DNA of 64,000 nucleotides from an uncultured Planctomycetales bacterium (GCA_964364715.1 CAYING010000003.1:3764-67763), one strand, 5' to 3'. Numbered from the stretch's first letter, positions 50,207-60,628 are shown. The notes: generated from the sequence alone by a model not told the origin. Made by a program: numbers and translations.

Positions 50207-50252
50207 GTGAACAGTGCCCGCGGCCGGCATTTTATGCTAAAATACGGCAATA

Positions 50253-50978
50253 ATGGCCAAGGCAAACAAGTTCATCCCATTCTTAATTTTTCTCGCCCTG
50301 ACGGCAGCCTCATGCTCGACGGTCCCGAAAAAACCGGTCACGGCCCCTGTCCCGCCCCCCGGGCGCTCCACCGTTAAACATGTCGTCGGCCCCGGAGAAA
50401 CGCTGTGGCGCATCAGTAAAATTTACGACGTTCCCGCCGCGGCGATCCTGCAGGCGAATAGTTTAAAAAGCCGAAACCTCGCAATGGGAAGCACGCTCCG
50501 GATCCCGAAGGCCAAGGACGCCGAACAGCCGATCACTCTTTATCCGTCGAGAAAATGGAAATACATCATCATCCACCACAGCGCGACGAAAAAGGGAAGT
50601 TCGCTTGCGTTCAATAAAGCTCACCAGGCAAAAGGCTGGGACATGGTCGGGTACGATTTCATCATCGACAACGGCAGCGGCGGGAAACCGGACGGTTTTA
50701 TCGAGATCACTCCTCGCTGGCTGAAACAACTCGACGGGGCGCATTGCAAGGCCTCGGACATGAACTCCAAGGCGATCGGGATCTGTTTGGTGGGAGATTT
50801 CAATGAAGACCGGTTATCCTTCGCCCAGCGCAGATCTTTGGACGAACTCGTGAACAAACTGCGCGCCTATTACAAGATCCCGGGGAAGAACATTTTACGC
50901 CACGGTGAAGTCCGCGGCGCCCATACCGACTGCCCGGGTAAAAAATTCCCTTGGGAAAAATTTAAACACGGACTTTGA
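50253..50978 (+). CDS. LysM plus N-acetylmuramoyl-L-alanine amidase (Amidase_2) lipoprotein
   Basis: Lipobox AASC; LysM H.V.PGETLWRIS; amidase WKYIIIHHSAT, GAHC, IGICLVG and H......TDCPG motifs. Confidence 0.92.
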   Translation: MAKANKFIPFLIFLALTAASCSTVPKKPVTAPVPPPGRSTVKHVVGPGETLWRISKIYDVPAAAILQANSLKSRNLAMGSTLRIPKAKDAEQPITLYPSRKWKYIIIHHSATKKGSSLAFNKAHQAKGWDMVGYDFIIDNGSGGKPDGFIEITPRWLKQLDGAHCKASDMNSKAIGICLVGDFNEDRLSFAQRRSLDELVNKLRAYYKIPGKNILRHGEVRGAHTDCPGKKFPWEKFKHGL

Positions 50979-51121
50979 GTACTTTATTCCCTCGACTCAA
51001 AAGTATTATAAATCTCAAATTTTAACGACCGCGGCGACGCCCGGATATCCGGACGGTTGCGCGCTTTAACTTCTCTTCATCAGGTTGCGTCCCAAAGCTC
51101 TCTGAGCCTGTTGAAATTTCT

Positions 51122-51607
51122 TCAAAAAATATCTTCATTCTCTTTCGAAACCAAAAATTCTATAACCTCAATTGTTTCGCCTGTTTTAAGAATTCCTTCT
51201 TTAAGAACCCGCGCATACATCCCATGCTTACCGGCAGCGTCTTCTTTAAGCCGCGGATGGATAGCATCCATCACATAACAGGGTTTTCGAATTTTTGATA
51301 TTTCTAATATTACACCGCCGGAGAATTTAAGAATAGCCCCCATCGGGAGTTCATTCACATTAAGATTTTTTACCGTTAAATTTTCTCCGGCTTGGCCCGG
51401 GCTTAAGATATAACCGTTTTGGCTGAGTTCGGCTAATTTTTCTAAATCCTGGATACAAACAGCTTGAAAAGGCGTGTTATGTTTAGCGTGATTATGCCCG
51501 TCGCCTTCTAATCCGGCAACAGTTAATCGAATCGAAGGAACAGGGATCTTGGGAATTCCTCCTTCAGAAATATTAATAGAAAGAACTATGGGAACATTAT
51601 TCTGCAC
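51122..51607 (-). CDS. MOSC-domain protein
   Basis: GLEGD.H, GENLT and RKPC motifs. Confidence 0.88.
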   Translation of the reverse strand: MQNNVPIVLSINISEGGIPKIPVPSIRLTVAGLEGDGHNHAKHNTPFQAVCIQDLEKLAELSQNGYILSPGQAGENLTVKNLNVNELPMGAILKFSGGVILEISKIRKPCYVMDAIHPRLKEDAAGKHGMYARVLKEGILKTGETIEVIEFLVSKENEDIF

Positions 51608-51618
51608 CTATGCGCTCC

Positions 51619-52350
51619 TTACGACGTTTCTTTACTTCTTCTCTGTGTTAACATCACAATGCCTATGGAAATCACATAAAGAATAAAAATCGGCATGGCC
51701 ATAAACGCCATATTAAAGGCATCCGGTGTCGGCGTGATAAAAGCCGAAAAAATTATCGAGCCGGCGACAGCAATCTTCCAATGACGGATCATTGTTTGAG
51801 CTGTTAAAATATTTAATTTGGCTAAAAAAAACGCTAAAAGAGGTATTTCAAAAACAAGCCCGCCGGCCAGCATAAAGAGAAGAACAAAAGAAATATAAGA
51901 ATCCAAAGATATAAGAAACTGCAGCTCTCCTCTTCCAATGTTTAAAAGAAATTTTAGCGAGGCAGGAATTAAGAAATAAAAACTCAACAGCGCCCCCATG
52001 ATAAAAAGCCCTGTCCCTGAAAAAATAAGAAGCGCGCCATACCACGCCAGCGATTCCTCTACGGCTGGACGTATAAACATCCAGATTTCATATAACAAAA
52101 CGGGCAGAGCAAAAATAAGACCAAAGAAAAATGCCATCTTGAAAAAAGTGAGGATAGCTGCGGTAGGACTAAACACGGAAAGAGTCCCCAGATAATGCCC
52201 TCCGGGAATTTTCAACCATTGCAAAAGGCCTTCACTAAAATAAAAACCCGCCATCGAAGAAATAACAAAAACGATGATAATAATAAATAATCTTTTTCTA
52301 ATTTCGTCCAAATGCTCTAACATCGGAAGTCTTAAATCTTTTCCTGCCAT
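51619..52350 (-). CDS. tatC: Twin-arginine translocase subunit TatC
   Basis: LEHLDEIRKRL, PVLLYEIWMFIRP, FEIP and ITPTPD motifs. Confidence 0.93.
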   Translation of the reverse strand: MAGKDLRLPMLEHLDEIRKRLFIIIIVFVISSMAGFYFSEGLLQWLKIPGGHYLGTLSVFSPTAAILTFFKMAFFFGLIFALPVLLYEIWMFIRPAVEESLAWYGALLIFSGTGLFIMGALLSFYFLIPASLKFLLNIGRGELQFLISLDSYISFVLLFMLAGGLVFEIPLLAFFLAKLNILTAQTMIRHWKIAVAGSIIFSAFITPTPDAFNMAFMAMPIFILYVISIGIVMLTQRRSKETS

Positions 52351-53301
52351 TTATCCCCCGATCTGATACATCGGCTGCTCAATATGATCAATCCGGCTTA
52401 ATGGTTTCATTTTCAAAACGGTTTTTAGAATTCCCCGATATTCTTCCCGCGGCACACCGCGCAAATTTACCCCGGCCTCAGACATAATACAGGCTCTTAA
52501 CTTGCCCGTTGCCGTCAGCCGCAGGCGGGAACAGAAAGAACAAAAGGCTTGCGATTCTGAGGCAATGAATCCAACTTTCGCGCCTGCCGGAGTCGTGAAA
52601 TTAAAAGAGGTGGAATCCCGATTGACCGACTGCGGTAATAATGTTTCGGATTCTTCGATCTTTTTTATAATCTCCCGGGCCGGCATAAAATTAAGGCTGT
52701 GATTTTGATGGGAACAGCCTATTTTCATTAACTCCAAGAATCGGACTTCAATAGCGTGATCGGCGGAAAATTTAACAAAATCCATGATCTCGTCATCATT
52801 GACCCCGCGCATCACCACAGTATTGACCTTTACCTTAAACCCTTGCGCCTTTGTTTGAAGAACGGCTTCATAAACTTTTTGAAAATATTTTGTCTTTGTA
52901 ATCTCATGGAATCGCCCGGCTCGCAGGCTGTCTAAGCTTATATTAATATGCTGACAGCGTGTTTGCTTTAAAAATTCAAGTTTCTCTACCAATAAAAAAC
53001 CATTCGTCGTTAGTCCTATCTTTCTTAACGGCAGCCTGGAAAGTCCTTCGACAATCGATTCAAAGTCTTTTCTTAAAGTAGGCTCTCCGCCTGAAATTCT
53101 TATCTCATCGATCCCGAAATCAGCCAAGGCGGAGCATATTTCCAGCAACTCACCGGAGGAAAGAAGCGCTGAGGAGGGTAAAAATTCAGGCGTCAAAGGC
53201 ATGCAATAAAAACAGCGGAAATTGCAGGCATCGGTTAGTTGAACCCGCAACTTATGAATTTGCCGGCCATGAGCGTCGGCTAAAATTGACTTCGATTCCA
53301 T
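52351..53301 (-). CDS. moaA: GTP 3',8-cyclase
   Basis: CNFRCFYC, GGEP, FCSFCSRLRLTA.G.LRAC and C-terminal IGG. Start moved to the ATG at 53301, after the riboswitch SD. Confidence 0.95.
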   Translation of the reverse strand: MESKSILADAHGRQIHKLRVQLTDACNFRCFYCMPLTPEFLPSSALLSSGELLEICSALADFGIDEIRISGGEPTLRKDFESIVEGLSRLPLRKIGLTTNGFLLVEKLEFLKQTRCQHINISLDSLRAGRFHEITKTKYFQKVYEAVLQTKAQGFKVKVNTVVMRGVNDDEIMDFVKFSADHAIEVRFLELMKIGCSHQNHSLNFMPAREIIKKIEESETLLPQSVNRDSTSFNFTTPAGAKVGFIASESQAFCSFCSRLRLTATGKLRACIMSEAGVNLRGVPREEYRGILKTVLKMKPLSRIDHIEQPMYQIGG

Positions 53302-53302
53302 C

Positions 53303-53432
53303 TTTTCCTTTCCGATCACGGGAAGCCGCATTGTTTCCAACACAGCCGTCAGCCTCTACTATCAGTCAGCTCGCAGGGGCATCGTCCTTAAGACCATGGC
53401 CGAAGCTTCAGGTCTTAAGGATTAGGGAATTT
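53303..53432 (-). ncRNA. Molybdenum cofactor (Moco) riboswitch
   Basis: P2 UCCUUAAGACC..UGAAG..GCCAU..GGUCUUAAGGA; P3 GCCCCUGC/GUAGAGGC; P4 with GAAA tetraloop; 3' UUCCCGU..GGAAAGGA overlapping the moaA SD. Confidence 0.8.
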
Positions 53433-53441
53433 GATGTTTAT

Positions 53442-53642
53442 TTAAACATTCTTTGGCGTCGAATCTTTATATTTATCTTCTTTTGTATCGGCTGCATCAT
53501 CATTGATACTTTTAAAAGCATTCTTGAATTCTTTAAAACCTTTACCGAGTCCCTTAGCAATTTCAGGAATATTCTTGGCGCCAAATAAAAGAAAAATTAT
53601 TAAAAAGATTACTATAAGTTCTTGCATCCCCAAGCCAAACAT
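53442..53642 (-). CDS. tatA: Twin-arginine translocase TatA/E subunit
   Basis: MFGLGMQEL...LLFGAK.IPEIAKGLGKG.KEFK. Confidence 0.95.
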   Translation of the reverse strand: MFGLGMQELIVIFLIIFLLFGAKNIPEIAKGLGKGFKEFKNAFKSINDDAADTKEDKYKDSTPKNV

Positions 53643-53724
53643 AAACCGGCTCCTTTATTAGTCTATCAACTTTAACTGCTTTTCGGGCATTTTTCCCAAA
53701 TCGATCATTTATCAAAATCAAACA

Positions 53725-54387
53725 TTAAAATCGAATAACATAATTTAGTTTAATTGTTGATACATTATCCTTCCCGGATTGTGTCGGGAATGACACCCAG
53801 CTTTCAAGAAGGAAATTGCCTCCTATGTCATAAATAAAACCGGCGCTGGAAGTCACATTATGACGGTCGTTTGTTTGAATAAGATCCGTTCTTAAAGTAA
53901 AATCGCGTTCAAACAATTTTACGGTTTTATCTAGGCCGACAAAACCACCCTCATTGTCTCGCTGCAGTGTTCCTCCGATATGAAAACGAACAACATTAAA
54001 ATCATGACTAAAGGCCAGATAATAATCTTCCCACCCTAATCTAGCCCGGTCACCGAGGTTAGCAACGCCGACAGCAACAGCCGTTTTTTCATCAAGCGCA
54101 AAACGGTATTTAATCTGGCCCCTCAGTGTTTCCTCAAGCGCCGGTTCAGGGAATATCCGGCCATCCAAGCCCACTTCGAGATTCTTTATAATACCATATT
54201 TAAATCCCGTAAAATAATCAGGCTTATTATTTTTGCCGACTTCGGTAATGACCTGCACAACGAGGACTTTCTCCGGAACAACATCCGCCGTTGGGATGTT
54301 GTTTAATCCTGTTGGTGTTGCAAAACTTGTTTGCGCAGTCAACAAAAGAAGAGTTCCAACAATTCCTAACGACCGTTTTCCCGACAT
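53725..54387 (-). CDS. Small outer-membrane beta-barrel protein
   Basis: Signal peptide, TGL..IPTAD motif, alternating beta-strands, terminal F. Confidence 0.65.
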   Translation of the reverse strand: MSGKRSLGIVGTLLLLTAQTSFATPTGLNNIPTADVVPEKVLVVQVITEVGKNNKPDYFTGFKYGIIKNLEVGLDGRIFPEPALEETLRGQIKYRFALDEKTAVAVGVANLGDRARLGWEDYYLAFSHDFNVVRFHIGGTLQRDNEGGFVGLDKTVKLFERDFTLRTDLIQTNDRHNVTSSAGFIYDIGGNFLLESWVSFPTQSGKDNVSTIKLNYVIRF

Positions 54388-54405
54388 ACGATATCCCCTT
54401 TTTTT

Positions 54406-55704
54406 CTAGAATTTGATGACGATATCCGCTTCGAGAACTTGATCATTAGCCTTCGCGCCGCTGATCACTCGAGAATTATAATAATCCAACCCTAATGCGA
54501 CATTGTCCATAAGGCCGTAATCGATAATGAATTCCCAGCCTCTGGCGTTGGTACCGCCGCTATTTAAGTCCGCATCCGGGAAAATATCAACAAAAGAATC
54601 GTTTTCGAGCCTCGAATATTGGCCCAGGACCATCCAATCTCTCTTCTTTTTGACCTTTTTCCCGAATTGAACTCCCGCGCGCCAAGCGTCATTTTTTTTG
54701 TCATTGGTGACAGCTAAATTATCCGCATATTCACCGATCAACGTGATAGGAACGCCTACACCTAATGGATCATTAAAGGTAAGCTCGACGGTTGGACTGA
54801 GCACGTTAAAATCTTCCAAGATTCTTGCAACACCAACGGTAGTTGAGGTATTGGTGCTCTTTTTTTCTTCCAATTTACTTGTTACATACCCTTCCATATT
54901 ATGAAAATTATAATAGGCTAATCCGGATTTCAATTTGGCCGTTTCCCCGATTTTCATTTCTTCCCCAAACTGAAAGACCGACAAGGCCAAATCGGATGCC
55001 CCAGCGGTATTATTATCCAGCGGGAAATATCCGCTAACCAAAAATAATTCTGTTTCAGGCAACTTGGTGCCTTTAAAAACAGTCTTTTTAGATTTCACCG
55101 CGAAACCGTCAAAGCGGATGTCTGAATCCCATAACATGTCTGTATGAAAAAATGGGCTTTCAAATTTACCACCGAGAAAAGTTAACCATTTCGTTGGTTC
55201 ATACTGGGCATAAGCATAATTAAGCCATATGGCCTTGGATTGAAATTCCTGTTCCAAAGTTTGATTGGTTGAGGTCGGAGCGTCGCTGCTGCCGGTCGCA
55301 AGACCAAAACCGATTTTAAGCTGATCATTAACTTTTGTCTTGGCGCCATAACGGAATCTTACTCTCGTGCGGTTATCATTCTCACCGCCTGGGCCCGGCT
55401 TCTCGATCATCTCATAACGAAGGCGCAAATCACCGCTGAATTCCGTGTTCTTAACCCATTTAGGCGTGTCTTTTGCGTTTTTCTCTAAGGCAGTCACCCG
55501 CTCCTCGACACCTTCCGGAACCTCCGCCTTCTTATCCGTCTTGACTTCTTGAGCGGCGCTATCGATATCGGATTGAGTAATAATGCCCTTATTAATAAGG
55601 GCTTTTAAAATAATTTCTGCCTGTTGGTCGGCAAACGTGTTTTGGCTAGAAGCCAAAAATAAACTTAAAAACAAAATAATAATTAATATTCCTTTTTTGT
55701 GCAT
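54406..55704 (-). CDS. Putative porin (coiled-coil N-terminus plus beta-barrel)
   Basis: Signal peptide; L..KGIIT; SGDLRLRYE, R.R.RYG, GKF..PF and WDSD motifs; terminal KF. Start moved to 55704. Confidence 0.8.
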   Translation of the reverse strand: MHKKGILIIILFLSLFLASSQNTFADQQAEIILKALINKGIITQSDIDSAAQEVKTDKKAEVPEGVEERVTALEKNAKDTPKWVKNTEFSGDLRLRYEMIEKPGPGGENDNRTRVRFRYGAKTKVNDQLKIGFGLATGSSDAPTSTNQTLEQEFQSKAIWLNYAYAQYEPTKWLTFLGGKFESPFFHTDMLWDSDIRFDGFAVKSKKTVFKGTKLPETELFLVSGYFPLDNNTAGASDLALSVFQFGEEMKIGETAKLKSGLAYYNFHNMEGYVTSKLEEKKSTNTSTTVGVARILEDFNVLSPTVELTFNDPLGVGVPITLIGEYADNLAVTNDKKNDAWRAGVQFGKKVKKKRDWMVLGQYSRLENDSFVDIFPDADLNSGGTNARGWEFIIDYGLMDNVALGLDYYNSRVISGAKANDQVLEADIVIKF

Positions 55705-55753
55705 GTGTTCTCTCCCTCCTATTTTGAAAGTGAATCTATTCGATTCGAACAAT

Positions 55754-58700
55754 TTATACTTTAACCAGTTCAACTTTGGTATCATAAAAACTAACACTCC
55801 CGCCAACTGGATCAAGTAGACAGGTATTGTTGCGCAGGCTTGGGTCGGTCCACATAGCGGCGTTGGCATGAATCCCTGTTGCCCGCCGAGGATCACCCTT
55901 AACCACTTGGCCGTCAACGGTAATATCTTCAGCGCCCGTGGCCCAATGCCCCCAGCCTAAAGCAAAACTGATCACTCCCGGCATCATAGTTTCAGTTAAT
56001 TTAACCTTTCCTATCATAAACTTCTTCCCGTGATTCTTAAGATCCCAAACACCTTCCATGTTTGTTTTGCTGACCACTTTCACTTCTTGGCCATCTTTGA
56101 TCCCCTTTCTGTCCGCGTCAATAGGGTTGATCAAAATATTATTTTCCGGCATAATCGGCTGCAGCCAATAGTTGCCGATGGTCCGGCTCTTGGTCGCCGT
56201 GACCGTACGATTCGTGATCATATGCAAGTCATATCCATTAGATAATTCTTCCAAAGTATTCCCTGCGTAATCTTTTTGAGGGATATATTTCGCGATCCCT
56301 GAGTATGATTTCCCTGTCCCTGCATATTTTGCACCGGCTGTTTTTTCCTGATAAAGATTTAATAATTTTCCATACCGATTTTTGAGGCGTTTACCGTCAA
56401 AACTTTTAGCGTGTTCTTCAAACTTACCGCCGCGATTCAACAGATAAATGACCTTCGGCCACATTTTTTCACCGACGATATTTTTCCATTTGACTTCATC
56501 AAAGACAGTCGCCGGCAAATGCCGTCTGGACTTTAAAAAGATTTCAATTTCTTTCTGACCCGCATCAGGGACAGCATCCGCCATCTCAGGTTTCTCACCG
56601 GCGGCAAAATTAGCCACGGCGCGTAAATAAAAGTCTTCCGGCCGGTTCAAGTCCAGGTTTTCCCCCAAGGCATTTTTGCCGAATGTCTTTAGCCCGAGCT
56701 TTTCACTTAAAGCCATAAGCGTTGACTCAAGACTGATCGGCACTTCTTCCCCGTAAACGTTGACCGCCTCAGGAATCGGCCCCACGACCGGCTGGCGGAT
56801 CGGCGCGACTTTGTGCGGCATATTAGGATGCGATCCCTGGAATTCCCATCGTTCCAGAAAAGTCAGATCCGGAAAAATATAATCCGCGTACATGCTGGTC
56901 GTCCCAACCGTAACATCACTCACAAAAAATAACGGCAGTTTATTCACATCCGAAAGGACATCTATATTGGTGTGTCCCGCCGGCAAAGCATAGACAGGCG
57001 TTCCTTTATATAAAAACAAGGCTTTCACCGCATAGGGATATGCTTCACCGATCGATGGCACAATTTCTTCATAAACATCGCTCGCCAAAGGATACCAATT
57101 TCTTTTGGCGGGATAACCTTCAAAGATAGTTGTTTCTTCATATTTTTTTTCATGCCTGATAATGCTAAGGCCGAATCCTTTTAATTTTCCCGGATAATCC
57201 GCAAGCTTAAATACTCCTCCTTTTGATCCGTCATAACTGTAGGTGCTGGGACTGCTCATACCGCCCTTCCAGTCGAAATTTCCTAAAAGCATATTAACGC
57301 TCATCCAGGCAAAGATATTATAAAAACCGTTCGTATGCTGGGCGGGGCCGCGATGGACATCGACTCCAGCTCTTTTTCCGTAACTGGTCAACTGTTTGAC
57401 TACATGAAGAGCATCATTACTATTTATCCCCGCGATGGCGCACCATTCATCAAAGGTGTGTTCATAAGCCGATTCCTTCAAGATCTGAAGTGAGGATTTA
57501 ACTTTAACAGTTTTGCCTGCTGGCCCCACAATTTCACTGTCAACAAACAGATCCCCCATAACCGCTTCTTTTTTATCATTAGGGTCAAACACCGCCGGCT
57601 TGCCGTCCTTCATCACAAGCATGAACTTTTCTACATACTCAATCGTCTTCTCTTTATCTTTGGGGTCAGGAATTGTTCTTTTATCCGCGACAGCCAGCGC
57701 GACATCGACGGCGCGCAGAAATTTGCCCGGCTTCCCGTCCTTGATCTCTACCAGCCACGTCGCGTTCGTGTAAGACGTTTCATTATTCTCTTTTGCCGCT
57801 GCCGCATTTGCTGACTTCAGGAACTTGGCATCATAACGTTTATTATCAATCATCCAGCGGATCATCGCCATGGCCAAAGCGGCGTCCTCTCCCGGCTTAA
57901 TCGGCAGCCAGGTTTCAGCTTTGCTGGCCAGTTTAGAATAGCGCGGATCAACGACCGCTATTTTGGTGCGTTTATTAACTAAATTTTCGCTCAAGCGGAC
58001 CGTCCTATTCGTAGGGCCATAATTGGCTTCAAACAAATTAGCCCCCACAAAAAGAATATAACGGGCATTTTCGGTATCGGCCTGCCAATAGAATTTCTTC
58101 CCTTCGGAAAATTTACCCGCGATATATTGTTCGCTGATCGCCTTACAAGTGAAATAAAGCGATCCCTGGCAGACAGTTGTGTGGCCATGCAAATTGATCG
58201 TTCCGTAACCAGCGCCGAATTTCGAAATGAAATCCTTCCGCCCATCCTTCAGACGTCCCCAGGCCATAACAAACTGATTATTTTTTAAACCAAGATCAGG
58301 ATGATTAGGATCGATAAGATAATTTAAGCTATCTTTATGTTTGTTTTTGAATTCTTCAACAAGGGCTTTCTGTTTGTCCTTGTCTTTTTCCTTGAGAATA
58401 CCGTCAACATCATGGGACATTTCTTTGGCAATGTTGTTATCCTCGAGAGCTCTTATAGAGCGGAGGCCTTCAACCTCGCGGCTTTCCTCACCCGAAACGT
58501 TAGTGAACAACCGGCCGCCCTCGACGATTTCTTCGATCGCTTTATCAAAGGGTATCGTAACCCATTTGTTTTCGCCTCTTTTTCCCGCTCTTTTTAAAAC
58601 CATTTTTAAACGGTACGGATCATAGACCGTTTGAATCCCCGCCTGCCCTTTGGGACATAGCCCCCCATCTATTCTTGCGGCATCTTCGAGGGAAACTGTC

Positions 58701-59011
58701 ATGGGAAGATGAGGCACCAGTGTCCACGGGCTATACCCGTTCCCGTCGATCTTTCTTAAAAGACCATCTTTGATCTTACACTTGATCCCGCAACCCGTAT
58801 TACAATTCAAACAAGTTGAATAGATGATATTTTCAGGATCATTAAGGTCATAGGGAGAATCCGGCCGTTTGCTTTGAAGGATTTTTTGTTGTACTTCTTC
58901 AGCCGCGGCATCTCCGGCCAGCGCGCTCATGAGAAGTCCGCTGCCTAAGAAAGCGGTGTGTTCCAAAAATCTTTTACGGGAAATGCCTGTTTTCTCATTA
59001 TTCTCATTCAT
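55754..59011 (-). CDS. Molybdopterin oxidoreductase catalytic subunit, tetrathionate reductase TtrA/SrdA-like
   Basis: CLNCNTGC...CPKGQAG FS0 site, GN.YSP, LKRAGKRGE.KW, HTTVCQ (candidate Mo ligand) and ADYIFPD; Tat-like SRKRFL. Confidence 0.85.
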   Translation of the reverse strand: MNENNEKTGISRKRFLEHTAFLGSGLLMSALAGDAAAEEVQQKILQSKRPDSPYDLNDPENIIYSTCLNCNTGCGIKCKIKDGLLRKIDGNGYSPWTLVPHLPMTVSLEDAARIDGGLCPKGQAGIQTVYDPYRLKMVLKRAGKRGENKWVTIPFDKAIEEIVEGGRLFTNVSGEESREVEGLRSIRALEDNNIAKEMSHDVDGILKEKDKDKQKALVEEFKNKHKDSLNYLIDPNHPDLGLKNNQFVMAWGRLKDGRKDFISKFGAGYGTINLHGHTTVCQGSLYFTCKAISEQYIAGKFSEGKKFYWQADTENARYILFVGANLFEANYGPTNRTVRLSENLVNKRTKIAVVDPRYSKLASKAETWLPIKPGEDAALAMAMIRWMIDNKRYDAKFLKSANAAAAKENNETSYTNATWLVEIKDGKPGKFLRAVDVALAVADKRTIPDPKDKEKTIEYVEKFMLVMKDGKPAVFDPNDKKEAVMGDLFVDSEIVGPAGKTVKVKSSLQILKESAYEHTFDEWCAIAGINSNDALHVVKQLTSYGKRAGVDVHRGPAQHTNGFYNIFAWMSVNMLLGNFDWKGGMSSPSTYSYDGSKGGVFKLADYPGKLKGFGLSIIRHEKKYEETTIFEGYPAKRNWYPLASDVYEEIVPSIGEAYPYAVKALFLYKGTPVYALPAGHTNIDVLSDVNKLPLFFVSDVTVGTTSMYADYIFPDLTFLERWEFQGSHPNMPHKVAPIRQPVVGPIPEAVNVYGEEVPISLESTLMALSEKLGLKTFGKNALGENLDLNRPEDFYLRAVANFAAGEKPEMADAVPDAGQKEIEIFLKSRRHLPATVFDEVKWKNIVGEKMWPKVIYLLNRGGKFEEHAKSFDGKRLKNRYGKLLNLYQEKTAGAKYAGTGKSYSGIAKYIPQKDYAGNTLEELSNGYDLHMITNRTVTATKSRTIGNYWLQPIMPENNILINPIDADRKGIKDGQEVKVVSKTNMEGVWDLKNHGKKFMIGKVKLTETMMPGVISFALGWGHWATGAEDITVDGQVVKGDPRRATGIHANAAMWTDPSLRNNTCLLDPVGGSVSFYDTKVELVKV

Positions 59012-59087
59012 ATTATTTTAGCCTCCTTGGCTTGCGATAACGCGACTCTTTTTTTATATTCAATATATCGGCCTTGCGCAAGGCTTT

Positions 59088-59972
59088 TCATACAAGATAT
59101 GTTACTTGCGGTTTTGTCCCTTTTTCTTCAAGCAATTTAAGCTGATTGATTTCACGGCTTTTTTGAGCAACTAAACTATTCGAATCATTGGCATCGCCAA
59201 AATAATTTGCTCGCGCGATACAGGTTGTCACACACTGGGGCAGCTCCCCTTTTTCCAAACGATGTACACAAAAATGACATTTGCGGGCATTCCCGACAGG
59301 AGAGCCTTGCTTATTGCGATCCCATGATTTACCGTATTCATTATTCGATTGAATTTCATAAGGCTGTTTTTGCGGCGTATTATCCGTGTAATTCTGTCCT
59401 TCATCATAGGTTCGAGCGCCGTAAGGACAAGCTTCAATACAAAGTTTGCACCCGATACATGTATCATAATCAATGACAACAACCCCATCCGGTCGTTTCC
59501 ACGTCGCGTCAGCCGGGCAAACAGGAACACAAACAGGATTGTCACAGTGCATGCAAGGACGAGGGAAAAATTTCAATTGGACGTTGGGAAAAGTGCCGGA
59601 CTCTTCTAGAACTACCGGACGGTAAACGACCCCGGGGGGAAGTTTATTCTCTGATATACAAGCTACGGTGCACGCGTGACAGCCAACGCATTTGCGGGTA
59701 TCAATAATCATCTTCCATTTTCGTTGTTCAATGGGCTTGGCCATGGCCTTGCGCAATTCTTTCTGCATGCGGATTAAAGGATCGACCCGATTTCCTTTGA
59801 CAGTTAAAAATTTCGGTATCTCACGGATAGTCTGATCGCCGGTCAAGTCATGAATAGCTGTTTCTGAGTGTGCTTTATCCGAAACAACGGCCGAGATGGC
59901 GAGCCCAGAGACAGTCAATGCAGCGCCTTTAATAAAATCTTTTCTGGATATCGTATCTTTTTCTTCTTCCAT
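59088..59972 (-). CDS. 4Fe-4S electron-transfer subunit, TtrB/DmsB/NrfC-like
   Basis: [31 protein letters not shown] and KCHFC...PQCV.TC motifs; Tat-like SRKDFIK. Confidence 0.9.
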   Translation of the reverse strand: MEEEKDTISRKDFIKGAALTVSGLAISAVVSDKAHSETAIHDLTGDQTIREIPKFLTVKGNRVDPLIRMQKELRKAMAKPIEQRKWKMIIDTRKCVGCHACTVACISENKLPPGVVYRPVVLEESGTFPNVQLKFFPRPCMHCDNPVCVPVCPADATWKRPDGVVVIDYDTCIGCKLCIEACPYGARTYDEGQNYTDNTPQKQPYEIQSNNEYGKSWDRNKQGSPVGNARKCHFCVHRLEKGELPQCVTTCIARANYFGDANDSNSLVAQKSREINQLKLLEEKGTKPQVTYLV

Positions 59973-60567
59973 ACATCCCTCCGCTTATTTTTTCTTGCTT
60001 AAATGTTTCTTCGCCCAAGAATACACGGCCACGGTTGAAGGGAAACCGATCGTCCCCGCTGCCCATTTTCATATACTTCTGTATCAAACGGAATAACTCC
60101 TTTTTTTCAACAAACTTAAGTCTTTGATCAAGAACCTTGTAAATGCCCTCAATTTCTGCCTGCATATGATTTCTCACAATGCAAACAACATAGATGCCTT
60201 TCTCGCGCATTTTTTCTAAAAGCATATAATTTGCAACACCCGTTTTATGCTGAATAAATTCCTGAAACAGAACTTCAAAGGACTCCAATTGCGCGATGAA
60301 TTCATTACGTTCAGCTTTCAAGAAATTGATCATAGGTTCGAGGATCGGGATGTTGTTGCTGGCGAAGGGAAAAATGACTTGATCATCAAGATTCATGTGA
60401 TTCGCTAATATCGGTTTTAATTGCTGAACTGTTTCATTAATGATTCTCATATTTTTCGAAAAAGACATTTTGCCTTCGTAATGAAGGTTTTGTATCGAAT
60501 CATAAAGCAGGTCAAATTTTTCAAGGACAAGATTTTTTTCCTCCTCAAAGGACCTGAGAATATACAT
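59929..60567 (-). CDS. Hemerythrin-like protein, copy 2 (degenerate ligands)
   Basis: Paralog of 25250-25771 (NL.YEGK, HM..DD..FPF, GIY.VC.VRNH); RBS AAGGAG before the ATG at 60567. Confidence 0.72.
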   Translation of the reverse strand: MYILRSFEEEKNLVLEKFDLLYDSIQNLHYEGKMSFSKNMRIINETVQQLKPILANHMNLDDQVIFPFASNNIPILEPMINFLKAERNEFIAQLESFEVLFQEFIQHKTGVANYMLLEKMREKGIYVVCIVRNHMQAEIEGIYKVLDQRLKFVEKKELFRLIQKYMKMGSGDDRFPFNRGRVFLGEETFKQEKISGGMYGRRKRYDIQKRFY

Positions 60568-60628
60568 TTGCGCACTCCTTATTATGTTTAATTTTTGGTA
60601 ATCATATAATAAAAAGCGTCCTAAAGTC

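Noticed and set aside
55705-55917. Long N-terminal ORF extensions overlapping neighbours (porin, HAO, TorD, moaA, hemerythrin 2)
   Set aside because: Downstream ATGs with an RBS or signal peptide fit better; the extensions come from longest-ORF calling
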